A DNA stretch of 64,000 nucleotides from Antedon mediterranea (lineage: Eukaryota; Animalia; Echinodermata), in assembly GCF_964355755.1 (NCBI RefSeq), contig NC_092672.1, positions 30,758,437-30,822,436 on the forward strand. The letters are read 5' to 3'. The notes below the pieces were generated by a model. The model made no database searches, was not told the origin of the DNA, and was given only the letters and a program-made list of their open reading frames with translations. Within the stretch, counting starts at the first letter, position 1. Every line of letters starts with the position of its first letter. Position numbers and translations under genes: made by a program. Positions 51,601 through 61,216 of the stretch are shown in pieces.

Positions 51601-51761
51601 GGAAAGTCGGCCATTTTGAAATACAAAATGGCGGCTGAAGGAGTGGTCGAAAAAAATGGCACCTAACTTTTTTGGATTCAGCATCTCAAGAATAACAAAG
51701 TTAGCTAAAAAAATCTATTTTGGTACAAATATCGAGCTGGAAGACATAATAACCCGTACTA
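48666..51761. mobile_element. Non-autonomous DNA transposon, Academ-like
   Basis: TAGTAC...GTACTA termini, 3-bp ATA TSD (empty site taac-ata-gct in sibling units), ~500-bp imperfect terminal inverted repeats (48690-49180 vs 51070-51740), no transposase ORF. Confidence 0.75.
49312..49427 (-). mobile_element. Short HINE copy nested in the Academ-like element
   Basis: Reverse complement of the HINE ends with (CCGA/CAGA)n. Confidence 0.7.
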
Positions 51762-52244
51762 ATAGCTTACTTTATAATTCTGAATGTAGCTTTTAAGTTT
51801 AAGAGTAATGAATTGCATCACATGCCTAATAAAATATTTGTGTTTTTTTTTTGTCAATTTTTAAAAACGTGCTTAAAAAAACAGTTAATATTAATTGCTC
51901 TGTTTGACTCAGGCGAATAATGCATTCTTCTAGGCATAAAAATATTTTAGAAGCTATTGTCTAAGTACCCCGAGACCTAATCAAATGCGTATCATTCATT
52001 TAATGAAATCAATCGAAATTGAACATTTTAGAATTATATTGTCTGAACTATAATCAAAATAAAGCGATGTTGTAAAATAGGCGTCCATTTAACGAACATA
52101 CAATTGATTCCCAGGAATAATTTAAATAAATCGGTACATGGCTGGATCATCTGCTGTAAAATTAAATTGAATGAACGTCGATTTTTTTTAGAAATACAGG
52201 TTTATTTAAATTGTTTCACATCTCTTAAAATGAATTATATTTAC

Positions 52245-52574
52245 CCGTTGTATTGAGTTTTAAATTGTAAACATCAGTTGAAATACTGTCACATAAAAGG
52301 TCCGTTTCATAGAAAAGTTTACATTTAGAAAGCTTCCATACTTTCTGACGATCCGGTAACGCCTTACTGTCTTTAATAGGAACTGGTGTCAAATAGCTTT
52401 CACTGAGAGTGCAGACTTTCACTATATCTTTATCATTATCCCACGAGTCTTTACAAATCACAAAATCACAATATTCTTTTCCTTTCTCGTAACAGCTGTA
52501 ATTTCTTTTCTTAAGTTTTTCGTATACATCATTGTGCCAAGAAAGATCTTCAGTGAGTACAAAAACATCACAAA
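52245..52574 (-). CDS. TIR-like exon copy 5 (most 5' copy, slightly more diverged)
   Basis: Same splice sites; WHND and CKDSW variants; open frame. Confidence 0.72.
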
Positions 52575-52836
52575 CTGCAAAAAATACAAATGTTTCTGTT
52601 TGCCTGATGTATATATGTGTATGTATATATATGTATATATATAAATAAATCAAAGAGCTGCATAGGCAGGATATATAAAAAATCAAGATCAAATAAGTTA
52701 AAACTGCCTCAATATAGATTTATTTTATATATTTTATATATGTATATATATATACACTTTTTATTTTTGTATCTCCATTGAGATCCAGCCACTGATACCC
52801 ACAGCATTGTCATTTTTTTCAGTAATTTGCCTTTGG

Positions 52837-52886
<50 letters not shown>

Positions 52887-52951
52887 GTGCCTGATTTGTT
52901 TATATATATATATATATTTAAATCAATGATGTTGCGTAGCACTGTGTAAAT

Positions 52952-53276
52952 TATATATAAATCATACTGTAAATTATAGAAACAGTGCTCATATTCGGAA
53001 CATGATCTCATAATCGCGTCGAGCATAGCTCATTGGCGAAAGTTCCGTGTTTTTTTAGTTGTATGAAAAAATGTCTCTGGCGGGATTCGAACCTGCAACC
53101 TCTCGCTTACAGGGCGAGTATCATACCACTAGACCACAGAGCCATGTATGGTATTATCACAGATTTTCACCCACCAGATACGGAACTTTCGCCAATGAGC
53201 TATGCTCGACGCGATTATGAGATCATGTTCCGAATATGAGCACTGTTTCTATAATTTACAGTATGATTTATATATA
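52952..53276. mobile_element. Foldback element: 97-bp perfect inverted repeats enclosing a tRNA-like unit, in (TA)n
   Basis: 52952-53048 is the reverse complement of 53180-53276; 131-bp spacer. Confidence 0.8.
53072..53143 (-). tRNA. tRNA-like sequence (Pro-like body, TGT anticodon, C at position 33), probably a SINE head or pseudo-tRNA
   Basis: GGCTCTG-TGGTCTAGTGG (A box)...CTCGC-CCTGTAA-GCGAG...GGTTCGAATCC (B box)...CAGAGAC, followed by a T6 terminator. Confidence 0.6.
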
Positions 53277-53404
53277 TATATTTATATATATATATATATA
53301 TTTAGGTTGAAATTTTTAGACCGTTTGGATAGAGTGCTCAATACCAAGGTAGAGCATAAATAAATAAAATAACAGCAGAAAACTTGGTTACTTCATTGTT
53401 TTAA

Positions 53405-53460
53405 TCACTACAAATTTGTTTCGTCCGACCAGCATGTAGCTGGCCGCACTCTTCAGGTGA
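53405..53460 (-). ncRNA. Type I hammerhead ribozyme (inverted pLTR copy)
   Basis: Reverse complement of 54519-54574. Confidence 0.8.
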
Positions 53461-53474
53461 AATATAAAACATAA

Positions 53475-54434
53475 GTGACACAGTTGTTCGACCTAAGGAC
53501 AGGGATCTTCCGACCTTTCACTAAGCCTAATAACAAACCAACCTACGTGCACCATGACAGCAACCATCCTCCATCTATTATCCGAAACATCCCACTTGCT
53601 ATAAATAGACGCCTTTCTGACATCTCATCAGACAAAGATACATTTCATGCATCTACATCCCTATACCAGGAAGCCCTCAAAGGAAGTGGATACAATCATC
53701 AACTTGAGTTCAATGCTGAACAGCAGAACCCCAAAAAATCACGTACCAGAAACATAATTTGGTTTAACCCACCATTCAGCAAAAACGTAGCAACCAACAT
53801 CGGCCACAAGTTTTTAGCTATAGTAGAAGATTGTTTTCCTGCCGGCAACAAGCTCAGAAAAATATTTAACAAAAATACCTTGAAACTAAGCTACAGTTGC
53901 ATGCCCAGCGTAGACAAAGTAATTAACGCACACAACAAATATGTGATACCCAAAGAAAAGTCTACTGAAACCAACGCGAAAACAAGCGGATGTAACTGCC
54001 GCAATCCCAATGAATGCCCGCTCCCAGATAACTGCCTAACAAAAGGTGTAGTTTACCAAGCTACAGTAAAGAGAGAAGATTCATCAAAAGAAGAAACATA
54101 TGTCGGACTAACTGAAAACCAGTTTAAAACCAGATACAGAAACCATACGTCTTCATTCCGGAACGCAAAACTAAGAAATGCAACGGAACTCAGTAAATAT
54201 ATATGGACGCTTAAAGACTCTAAAACAAATTACTCAATTAAATGGAAAATTATAAAGAAATGCAAACCTTACTCAAATATTAACAAAAGATGTAATTTAT
54301 GCATATATGAAAAGTATGTTATTATAATATGCCAACCAGAGCTATGCTCACTGAACCGTAAGAACGAGTTAGTCTCTACTTGTAGACATAGGAAAAAATT
54401 CTTACTAAATCGCAGATCCAAACAGTTTATCTAA
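53475..54434 (+). CDS. Partial PLE RT thumb / GIY-YIG endonuclease
   Basis: 319-aa ORF homologous to the C-terminal half of 55139-57238. Confidence 0.85.
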   Translation: MTQLFDLRTGIFRPFTKPNNKPTYVHHDSNHPPSIIRNIPLAINRRLSDISSDKDTFHASTSLYQEALKGSGYNHQLEFNAEQQNPKKSRTRNIIWFNPPFSKNVATNIGHKFLAIVEDCFPAGNKLRKIFNKNTLKLSYSCMPSVDKVINAHNKYVIPKEKSTETNAKTSGCNCRNPNECPLPDNCLTKGVVYQATVKREDSSKEETYVGLTENQFKTRYRNHTSSFRNAKLRNATELSKYIWTLKDSKTNYSIKWKIIKKCKPYSNINKRCNLCIYEKYVIIICQPELCSLNRKNELVSTCRHRKKFLLNRRSKQFI

Positions 54435-54518
54435 AACAATAGCCTATTGTATACGACTTCCTGATGACTCACTTCTATTAAGCACTATGAGACAACTGTG
54501 TCACTTATGTTTTATATT

Positions 54519-54574
54519 TCACCTGAAGAGTGCGGCCAGCTACATGCTGGTCGTACGAAACAAATTTGTAGTGA
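54519..54574 (+). ncRNA. Type I hammerhead ribozyme in PLE pLTR
   Basis: tcac-CTGAAGA-GTGCGGCCAGC/GCTGGTCGTAC-GAAA-CAAATTTG-TA-gtga. Confidence 0.85.
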
Positions 54575-54609
54575 TTAAAACAATGAAGTAACCAAGTTTT
54601 CTGCTGTTA

Positions 54610-54642
<33 letters not shown>

Positions 54643-54940
54643 AACAAATCAGGCAAAGAACATTAATTCTAAACCGCCCGGTGATATACTGAAATTTAAT
54701 TAATTAATTTGAAACGATACAGATGAAGATGAACTTATTTGATCTTGATTTATATATATATATATGTTTCTACTAAAGTATCAGTAATTTAGATAATAAG
54801 AATTTGGTTAACAATAGACTGTCCAGGAAATAGAGATGTGTTGTACTTGCTAATTAGCATACTATTGTTCACATAAACAGTTTGCCTTAAGACTTCATTA
54901 TAGCTTTTTGTATTCACTTGTGACTATCATTCAGAGCCAA

Positions 54941-54984
54941 GCACCTGAAGATTGAGTTCATACTCATGAAACAGCCTGTAGTGC
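54941..54984 (+). ncRNA. Type I hammerhead ribozyme (5' pLTR)
   Basis: gcac-CTGAAGA-TTGAGT/ACTCAT-GAAA-CAGCCTG-TA-gtgc. Confidence 0.8.
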
Positions 54985-55138
54985 AATAAAATGTTCAGTT
55001 GGTAATTTACTAGCGTCTTTCATTTATTTATATTTGGCTCTACATTTTGTATCGAGCACTTTCGCTTTCATGGTCTGCGTTAAATTCACCACGATTTATA
55101 TTTTGCTCCTATTTTTGTTGAGCACTGTTCAGATCAAC

Positions 55139-57238
55139 ATGGAACGTATCGACCTTGGTTATTCCACTAAGAACATACCGACGGCTCAACCAAATGAATA
55201 CATGAAGTTTATGATCCAGAAGGTAGAACTGTTTTTAAATCGTATGCGATGGAAGGCCTTCCATTACCTAAATCCAGTAGTATCGACATCCGCCAAAGAA
55301 ACGCTTAAATTCAAGACCTCAAGAAACCCGCCTCCAGTACAAGAACTTAGAGAATTTGAAGATAAAATGCTTAATTTAGTACAGAATATCAAGTTTGAAG
55401 ATAATAAATGCCCGTTTCAGAAAAACCTAGAGAGAGACGCGAAAAAGATAAAGCAGGACAGCAAACTAATTATACCGGCAGACAAATCAAACAACTTCTA
55501 CCGCATGGAAGCGAATGATTATAACGACTTATTGCAAAAGAATATAACGAAAACATACAAAAAAGCTCCGGCGGATTCTGTAAATAGTATAACCAAAGAC
55601 GAGATTAAGATAGCCAAAGAACTACAGCTAGATGACAGGATAGAAACAACTGGAAGACGTAATGCCTTTATAACCCTGAAAGATCATAAGGAAAATTTTG
55701 TAAACAAGCCGACTTGCAGACTAATTAACCCCTCAAAATCAGAGATAGGAAAGATAAGTAAACACATCCTAGAAAGAGTTAACAAACATATCGCACGTAA
55801 GACCAAGCTTAACCAGTGGAGGAATACTAACGACATGATAGAATGGTTTAAAGGCATCCGGGATAAGGAAAATCATCTGTTCATATGCTTTGATGTAACA
55901 GAATTTTATCCTTCGATAACTTTGGACCTTCTCAATGAAGCCCTCAACTTTGCTAAAAAATTCACCGATATTACAGAGGAAGAAAGGGAAATAGTAATCA
56001 AAGCCAAGAATACACTACTATTCAACGACGAGACAGCTTGGTGCAAAAGGAACACTACATTCGATGTTACTATGGGTAGCTACGACGGTGCTGAAACATG
56101 CGAGTTAATTGGTCTGTTTCTGCTAGCCAAACTGGAGCCCAAGTACGGTAATAACATAGGATTGTACAGGGATGACGGACTCGCGGCATTTAATGAAACT
56201 CCTCATGTTATTGAAAAAATAAAAAAAGATCTCTGCAGCACATTCAAAGAACATAATCTAAAGATAACGATCGAAGCGAATAAGAAAATTATAAACTACC
56301 TAGATGTAACGCTTAATCTCAACGATGGAAGCTATAAGCCTTATTTAAAGGAAAACAACAAACCACGCTATGTTCATTGCAAAAGTAATCATCCAGCATC
56401 AATAATTAAGAACATCCCTGAAGGCATAAACAAAAGATTAGCAAACATTTCTTCGAATGAAACTGTTTTCAATGAATCAAAGAAACCGTACCAAGAAGCC
56501 TTGTATGAAAGTGGATACGACCACAATCTGAAGTACAACCCGACCAATACCAGCGCACAAAATAATGTGAAGAAGACAAGGAAAAGAAATATCATCTGGT
56601 TCAACCCGCCTTACAGTGCCAACGTGAAAACCAAAATAGGGCACGAGTTCTTAAAGACTGTAGATGAATGTTTTCCACATAACCATGAGCTAAGAAAAAT
56701 ATTTAATAGAAACACCATTAAAATCAGCTATAGTTGTATGCCTAATATAGGGTCTGTAATATCGGCCCACAACAAAAATGTATTACGTAATGATATGCCC
56801 TGTGATAACATCAAGCAATGCAACTGTCGAAATGAATGCCCATTAGATGGGAAATGCCTAACCAGTGGTGTTGTTTATCAGGCTACAGTAACAACAAATG
56901 ATGATGATAAAGCTGAAACATATGTCGGACTAACCGAAAACACATTTAAATGCAGATATAACGCACACAATAGTTCATTCCGTAATGTTAAATACAAAAA
57001 CAGCACAACGCTTAGCCAGTACATCTGGAAGCTAAAAGATGATAACATAAAGTATAACATTAAATGGCGAATAATAAAGAAGTGTAAACCATATTCCAAT
57101 GTTAACAAACGGTGTAATCTATGCTTACAAGAGAAGTATTATATTATATGCAAGCCTGAAACCAGCTCACTTAACCATAGGAACGAATTAGTCAGTGCAT
57201 GTAGACATAGGAGAAAGTTTCTACTAAAGTATCAGTAA
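55139..57238 (+). CDS. PLE reverse transcriptase + GIY-YIG endonuclease, 699 aa from ATG 55139
   Basis: PADKSNN, CRLINPSKSEIG, FDVTEFYPSI, TMGSYDGAETCE, LYRDDGL, NYLDVTL, TYVGLTENTFKCRY. Confidence 0.93.
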   Translation: MERIDLGYSTKNIPTAQPNEYMKFMIQKVELFLNRMRWKAFHYLNPVVSTSAKETLKFKTSRNPPPVQELREFEDKMLNLVQNIKFEDNKCPFQKNLERDAKKIKQDSKLIIPADKSNNFYRMEANDYNDLLQKNITKTYKKAPADSVNSITKDEIKIAKELQLDDRIETTGRRNAFITLKDHKENFVNKPTCRLINPSKSEIGKISKHILERVNKHIARKTKLNQWRNTNDMIEWFKGIRDKENHLFICFDVTEFYPSITLDLLNEALNFAKKFTDITEEEREIVIKAKNTLLFNDETAWCKRNTTFDVTMGSYDGAETCELIGLFLLAKLEPKYGNNIGLYRDDGLAAFNETPHVIEKIKKDLCSTFKEHNLKITIEANKKIINYLDVTLNLNDGSYKPYLKENNKPRYVHCKSNHPASIIKNIPEGINKRLANISSNETVFNESKKPYQEALYESGYDHNLKYNPTNTSAQNNVKKTRKRNIIWFNPPYSANVKTKIGHEFLKTVDECFPHNHELRKIFNRNTIKISYSCMPNIGSVISAHNKNVLRNDMPCDNIKQCNCRNECPLDGKCLTSGVVYQATVTTNDDDKAETYVGLTENTFKCRYNAHNSSFRNVKYKNSTTLSQYIWKLKDDNIKYNIKWRIIKKCKPYSNVNKRCNLCLQEKYYIICKPETSSLNHRNELVSACRHRRKFLLKYQ

Positions 57239-57391
57239 TTTAGATAATAAGAATTTGGTTAACAATAGACTGTCCAGGAAATAGAGATGTGTTGTACTTG
57301 CTAATTAGCATACTATTGTTCACATAAACAGTTTGCCTTAAGACTTCATTATAGCTTTTTGTATTCACTTGTGACTATCATTCAGAGCCAA

Positions 57392-57435
57392 GCACCTGAA
57401 GATTGAGTTCATACTCATGAAACAGCCTGTAGTGC
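57392..57435 (+). ncRNA. Type I hammerhead ribozyme (3' pLTR)
   Basis: Same sequence as 54941-54984. Confidence 0.8.
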
Positions 57436-57472
57436 AATAAAATGTTCAGTTGGTAATTTACTAGCGTCTTTC

Positions 57473-57522
<50 letters not shown>

Positions 57523-57526
<4 letters not shown>

Positions 57527-58638
57527 CAAGATCAAATAAGTTAAAACTGCCTCAATATAGATTTATTTTAACGACATGTTATCCATCTGACATTACTGTG
57601 AAATCTCTAAGAAAAGTTTGCCAGTTAACGCACGAGGACACATTGCAACCTACACATAATACAAAATGCTTGTGACCGCATACCTCTAGTCCTCACGTAT
57701 CATCCTATGAATAAGAAGGTTATTAACATTGTCCGCGATAACTTTTCAATTTTGACTGAAGATAAATCCGCTACAAACGATATTTTTCAAGAACCACCCA
57801 TGATAGCTTACAGACGTGATCAAAGCATTAAAGACACTTTAGTTAAATCTAAATTACAAAACAAAGGTAATGAATCAACTGGAACATTCAAATGTAATAG
57901 AAATAGATGTTCGACATGTAATTACGTTTCATGTTCAAACCAAATAGTAGGACCTTCTGGTAATTATGTTATCACAGATCGTATTACGTGCACCACTATA
58001 AATCTAGTTTATTGTATTTCGTGTACTAAATGTAATATGCTTTATATTGGTGAAACTAAACGCAGGTTAGGTGATAGGTTTGTAGAACATTTAAGGTCTT
58101 TTAAACTAAAGACTCCCGGATTACCTGTAGCCACCCATTATTGTAATAATGAGCATTCCCTTTCGGATATTACAATTTCTGGTGTTAAAGTATGTAATGG
58201 TTCTGAGACATCTCGTAGAATTATAGAAGAAAAAATAATTGTAAATCTTGGCACTCTTGCCCCTACCGGCATAAATGTACAATTTAGATCCTTTAAACAT
58301 TAATTTTGCCAGAGACATTCACATATTAACAATTATTTACACTTGAAGCTTTTGTCTTTGTTTTAAATTTCCTGCTTTATAAGCAACCATTCATGCTTTG
58401 TACACCATAGCTTTTGGAGGCGCGCCTTTATAACTATGCCTTTTGTTTGTTAACATCTTTGATTGGCTGATTTGTTTTATTATGTAATTTTGTGACTTAT
58501 ATATGTTATCCTTTGTTACAATTCTTTTCACCTGATGATGGGCTATGCCCGAAACATGTCGTTAAAATAAATCTATATTGAGGCAGTTTTAACTTATTTG
58601 ATCTTGATTTTTTTCTATATCCTGCCTATGCAGCTCTT
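57523..58638 (+). mobile_element. 5'-truncated Neptune-like PLE with inverted 5' pLTR; ORF 57707-58303
   Basis: CNRNRCSTC Zn motif and NLVYCISCTKC..YIGETKRRLGDRFVEH GIY-YIG; 57523-57580 is an inverted copy of 58553-58610. Confidence 0.88.
58525..58567 (+). ncRNA. Type I hammerhead ribozyme
   Basis: CTGATGA-TGGGC-TAT-GCCC-GAAA-CATG-TC; palindromic stem III, GUC cleavage triplet. Confidence 0.8.
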
Positions 58639-60072
58639 CCCACAATGTGAACATTGTGGGAAGAAGGAGCCGATGCATGTAATTTAAATTACATACAAAT
58701 TCCAGGCAAAACGCCTACTAAAGCTCATTTACGAGAACTGGTCATGTTGATTTTAACCAACAACAATTTTATTTTTGGAAATGACCATTACCTTCAAATT
58801 CATGGCACAGCGATGGGCACAAAAATGGCGCCATCTTTTGCAAATTTATTTATGGGACAATTTGAGGCCAATTTTCTGTCCCTCCAACCAAATAAACCAC
58901 TTGTTTGGTTTAGATACATTGACGACATCTTCATGATCTGGACCCATGGTGAAGATAATTTGGAATCTTTTCTTCTCAATATTAATTCAGCTCACCCAAC
59001 TATCAAATTTACAGCTACCAAATTCACTAGTAGCGTTGATTTTTTGGACACTATAGTGACCATAGAAAATGGTACACTCAAAACTGACCTATTCCGTAAA
59101 CCCACGGATAAAAATATGTACCTGCTCCCTAGCAGTTGTCACCCCCGTCACTGTACCGTGACCGTACAGTCACCGTACAGTCAAGCATTACGTATCAGAC
59201 GTATCTGTTCTTCAGATTTAGATTTTCAGAATCGTACCGAAGAACTAACCGGACATCTCCGGAACAGAAATTACAAGAAGGAATACATCGAAACTGCTAT
59301 AAAGAAAGCAAAAGATATTCATCGATGTCAAACACTGACGTACAAACCACGTCAGCCAAAAAAATCGACCAGAGTGCCATTGGTCACAACCTACCACACT
59401 AGGTTGCCTCCATTACGGGCTATTATTGAGAAACATATGCCCATTCTACAGTCCACAGAACGTCTCAGGACTGTTTTTCCGGACCACCCATTATTGCATT
59501 TCGTAGACCTCCCAACCTTCGTGATATATTAGTCAGATCCAAATTTAAGAGTGAAATTAACTCTCATGACAGCCAAAATGTGGGCAGTCACCTTTGCGGC
59601 AAATCTTGCAAAACTTGTTCATTGGTTGATTCTACTGAAAAATTTGAGAGTAACCAAACTGGCCGCATTTTTCGGACAAGAAAATCAATTAATTGTCTAA
59701 CCAAAAACGTCATTTATCTCATATACTGTAATATTTGTGGCAAACAGTACGTCGGAGAAACAAAAAACACTCTCCGTATGAGAATGACACAACATAGATC
59801 AGCTATCAAAACATTAAAGCTTGATCAACCTGTAGCCGAACATTTTAATTCAGCTGGTCACTCGATTGCAAATTTCAGAGTTATTGCAATAGACCACGAT
59901 GTCAAATGGAGCGACAAAACTCGCAAAGACAAAGAAAACCACTGGGAATTACTACTTAAAACCACAAAACCTTTTGGACTTAACATTAGGAACATACTCC
60001 CAGATCGGTAAAATTATTCCATTGACTATCTACCAAAATTTAAGTTTCAATATTAACCACCATTTAAGCTGT

Positions 60073-60890
60073 TTTTAGTCGCGTGGAAGCGACTCTATAG
60101 TTCACTATGTCGGTCGGTTGGTCTGTCTGTCGGTCTGTCTGTCGGTCTGTCTGTCGGTCTGTCTGTCTGTCTGTCGGTCCGGTATCACTATGCGTTTTAT
60201 CGCTTTATGACCTTATCTTGATATCAGTTTAATCTAGCTAAGTCAATTTTTCACAGAATACTCCTCATGGCCAGGAATCGATGTGGTTATGTTTTCACGG
60301 TGCGCAATAAAAAATTACGCAGTCTACGCACGATTTAACGAAATCACGTTTGTAATCATATCTTAACAACGATGAATCACAATTAAATAAAATTTGGTAC
60401 TCATAAATTTCAGGGCATAAATCATCATATGGCAATACAATTACGTGCGTAGCGCATGTAACGCATGCGTACGCGCGCTTAAAATTTTCAAAATTTATTT
60501 TCGATGAAATAAGAGTACGTTTCAGGCAATTTTAAGCGTTTACAAAATTGCCATGAGTGCGCAGATTTTTGCGCGCGCACTGCGCGTTAAATGTTATTGC
60601 GCACTCGTTTTGCCCGATTTCTGTTTTCTTGACTTACTTTTCAACTCGAAATTACGTTATACGAGCACGTCAAAAGTGACAGGCTACGCACGTGTAAATT
60701 AAAAAAATATAATATAAATGTTTTTAAACATTTCAACATTTTTAAACATGTTCAGTAATTTCGGTCAGTATAGTTCACTATGTCGGTCGGTCCGTCTGTC
60801 TGTCGGTCTGTCTGTCTGTCGGTCTGTTTGTCTGTCGGTCCGGTATCACTATGCATTGTAGCACGCGACTTAATGGCTGTTGGCCTTGTT
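60073..60890 (+). mobile_element. Helentron-associated non-autonomous element (HINE)
   Basis: Near-identical to 5348-6061, with a second internal copy of the microsatellite module at 60769-60855. Confidence 0.78.
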
Positions 60891-61055
60891 TAGTCTCAAT
60901 CCAAAATTGTTTATATCTCTACCAAGCTACCTTCTTTGTTTTCCACTCTTATTCAGACTCCACCCTGGCTCCCTTTGTTATATTTCTTTTATTCCTGTCC
61001 ACCCAGGCAGCACTTGCCAGCTTTATACTCTGACGTTATCCAAATTCCTTCACTT

Positions 61056-61092
61056 GCACTGATGAAGGGCTAGTGTTGCCCGAAAGCTCTGC
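61056..61092 (+). ncRNA. Minimal type I hammerhead ribozyme
   Basis: gca-CTGATGA-AGGGC/GCCC-GAAA-GC-TC-tgc. Confidence 0.72.
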
Positions 61093-61216
61093 TAACTTTT
61101 CTGGCTGTTTACTTTATCGTTTTGATTTAGCTTTTCGCTTTTTATTTTTGTATCTCCATTGAGATCCAGCCACTGATACCCACAGCATTGTCATTTTTTT
61201 CAGTAATTTGCCTTTG

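Larger units (their letters stand above)
44664..52600. repeat. Tandem array of ~1.1-kb exon-containing units (5 copies; the last is separated by a 3.1-kb transposon; remnant of the same unit at 35260-35669)
   Basis: Near-identical ORFs ending at 44761, 45850, 46952, 48051 and 52225. Confidence 0.95.
53358..54622 (+). mobile_element. 5'-truncated Penelope-like element (Naiad-like) with inverted 5' pLTR
   Basis: 53358-53484 is the reverse complement of 54495-54622. ORF 53475-54434 encodes the RT thumb and a GIY-YIG endonuclease (GVVYQATV..TYVGLTENQFKTRY..CNLCIYEK..CRHRKKF). Confidence 0.9.
54766..57484 (+). mobile_element. Full-length Penelope-like element (Naiad-like) with direct pLTRs, inserted in (TA)n
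   Basis: ~267-bp direct repeats at 54766-55033 and 57217-57484, an intact ORF, and TA microsatellites on both sides. Confidence 0.93.
58640..61140 (+). mobile_element. 5'-truncated, frameshifted Neptune-like PLE (ORFs 58654-59532 and 59580-60011) with a HINE in its 3' UTR
   Basis: GTAMGTKMAPSFANLFM, WFRYIDDIF, DFLD, PYSQALRIRRICS; CGKSCKTC..NVIYLIYCNICGKQYVGETKN.LR.R. Confidence 0.9.

Noticed and set aside
55034-55138. Hydrophobic N-terminal extension of the 734-aa PLE ORF as a signal peptide
   Set aside because: It depends on a TTG start; the first plausible ATG for the conserved region is 55139.
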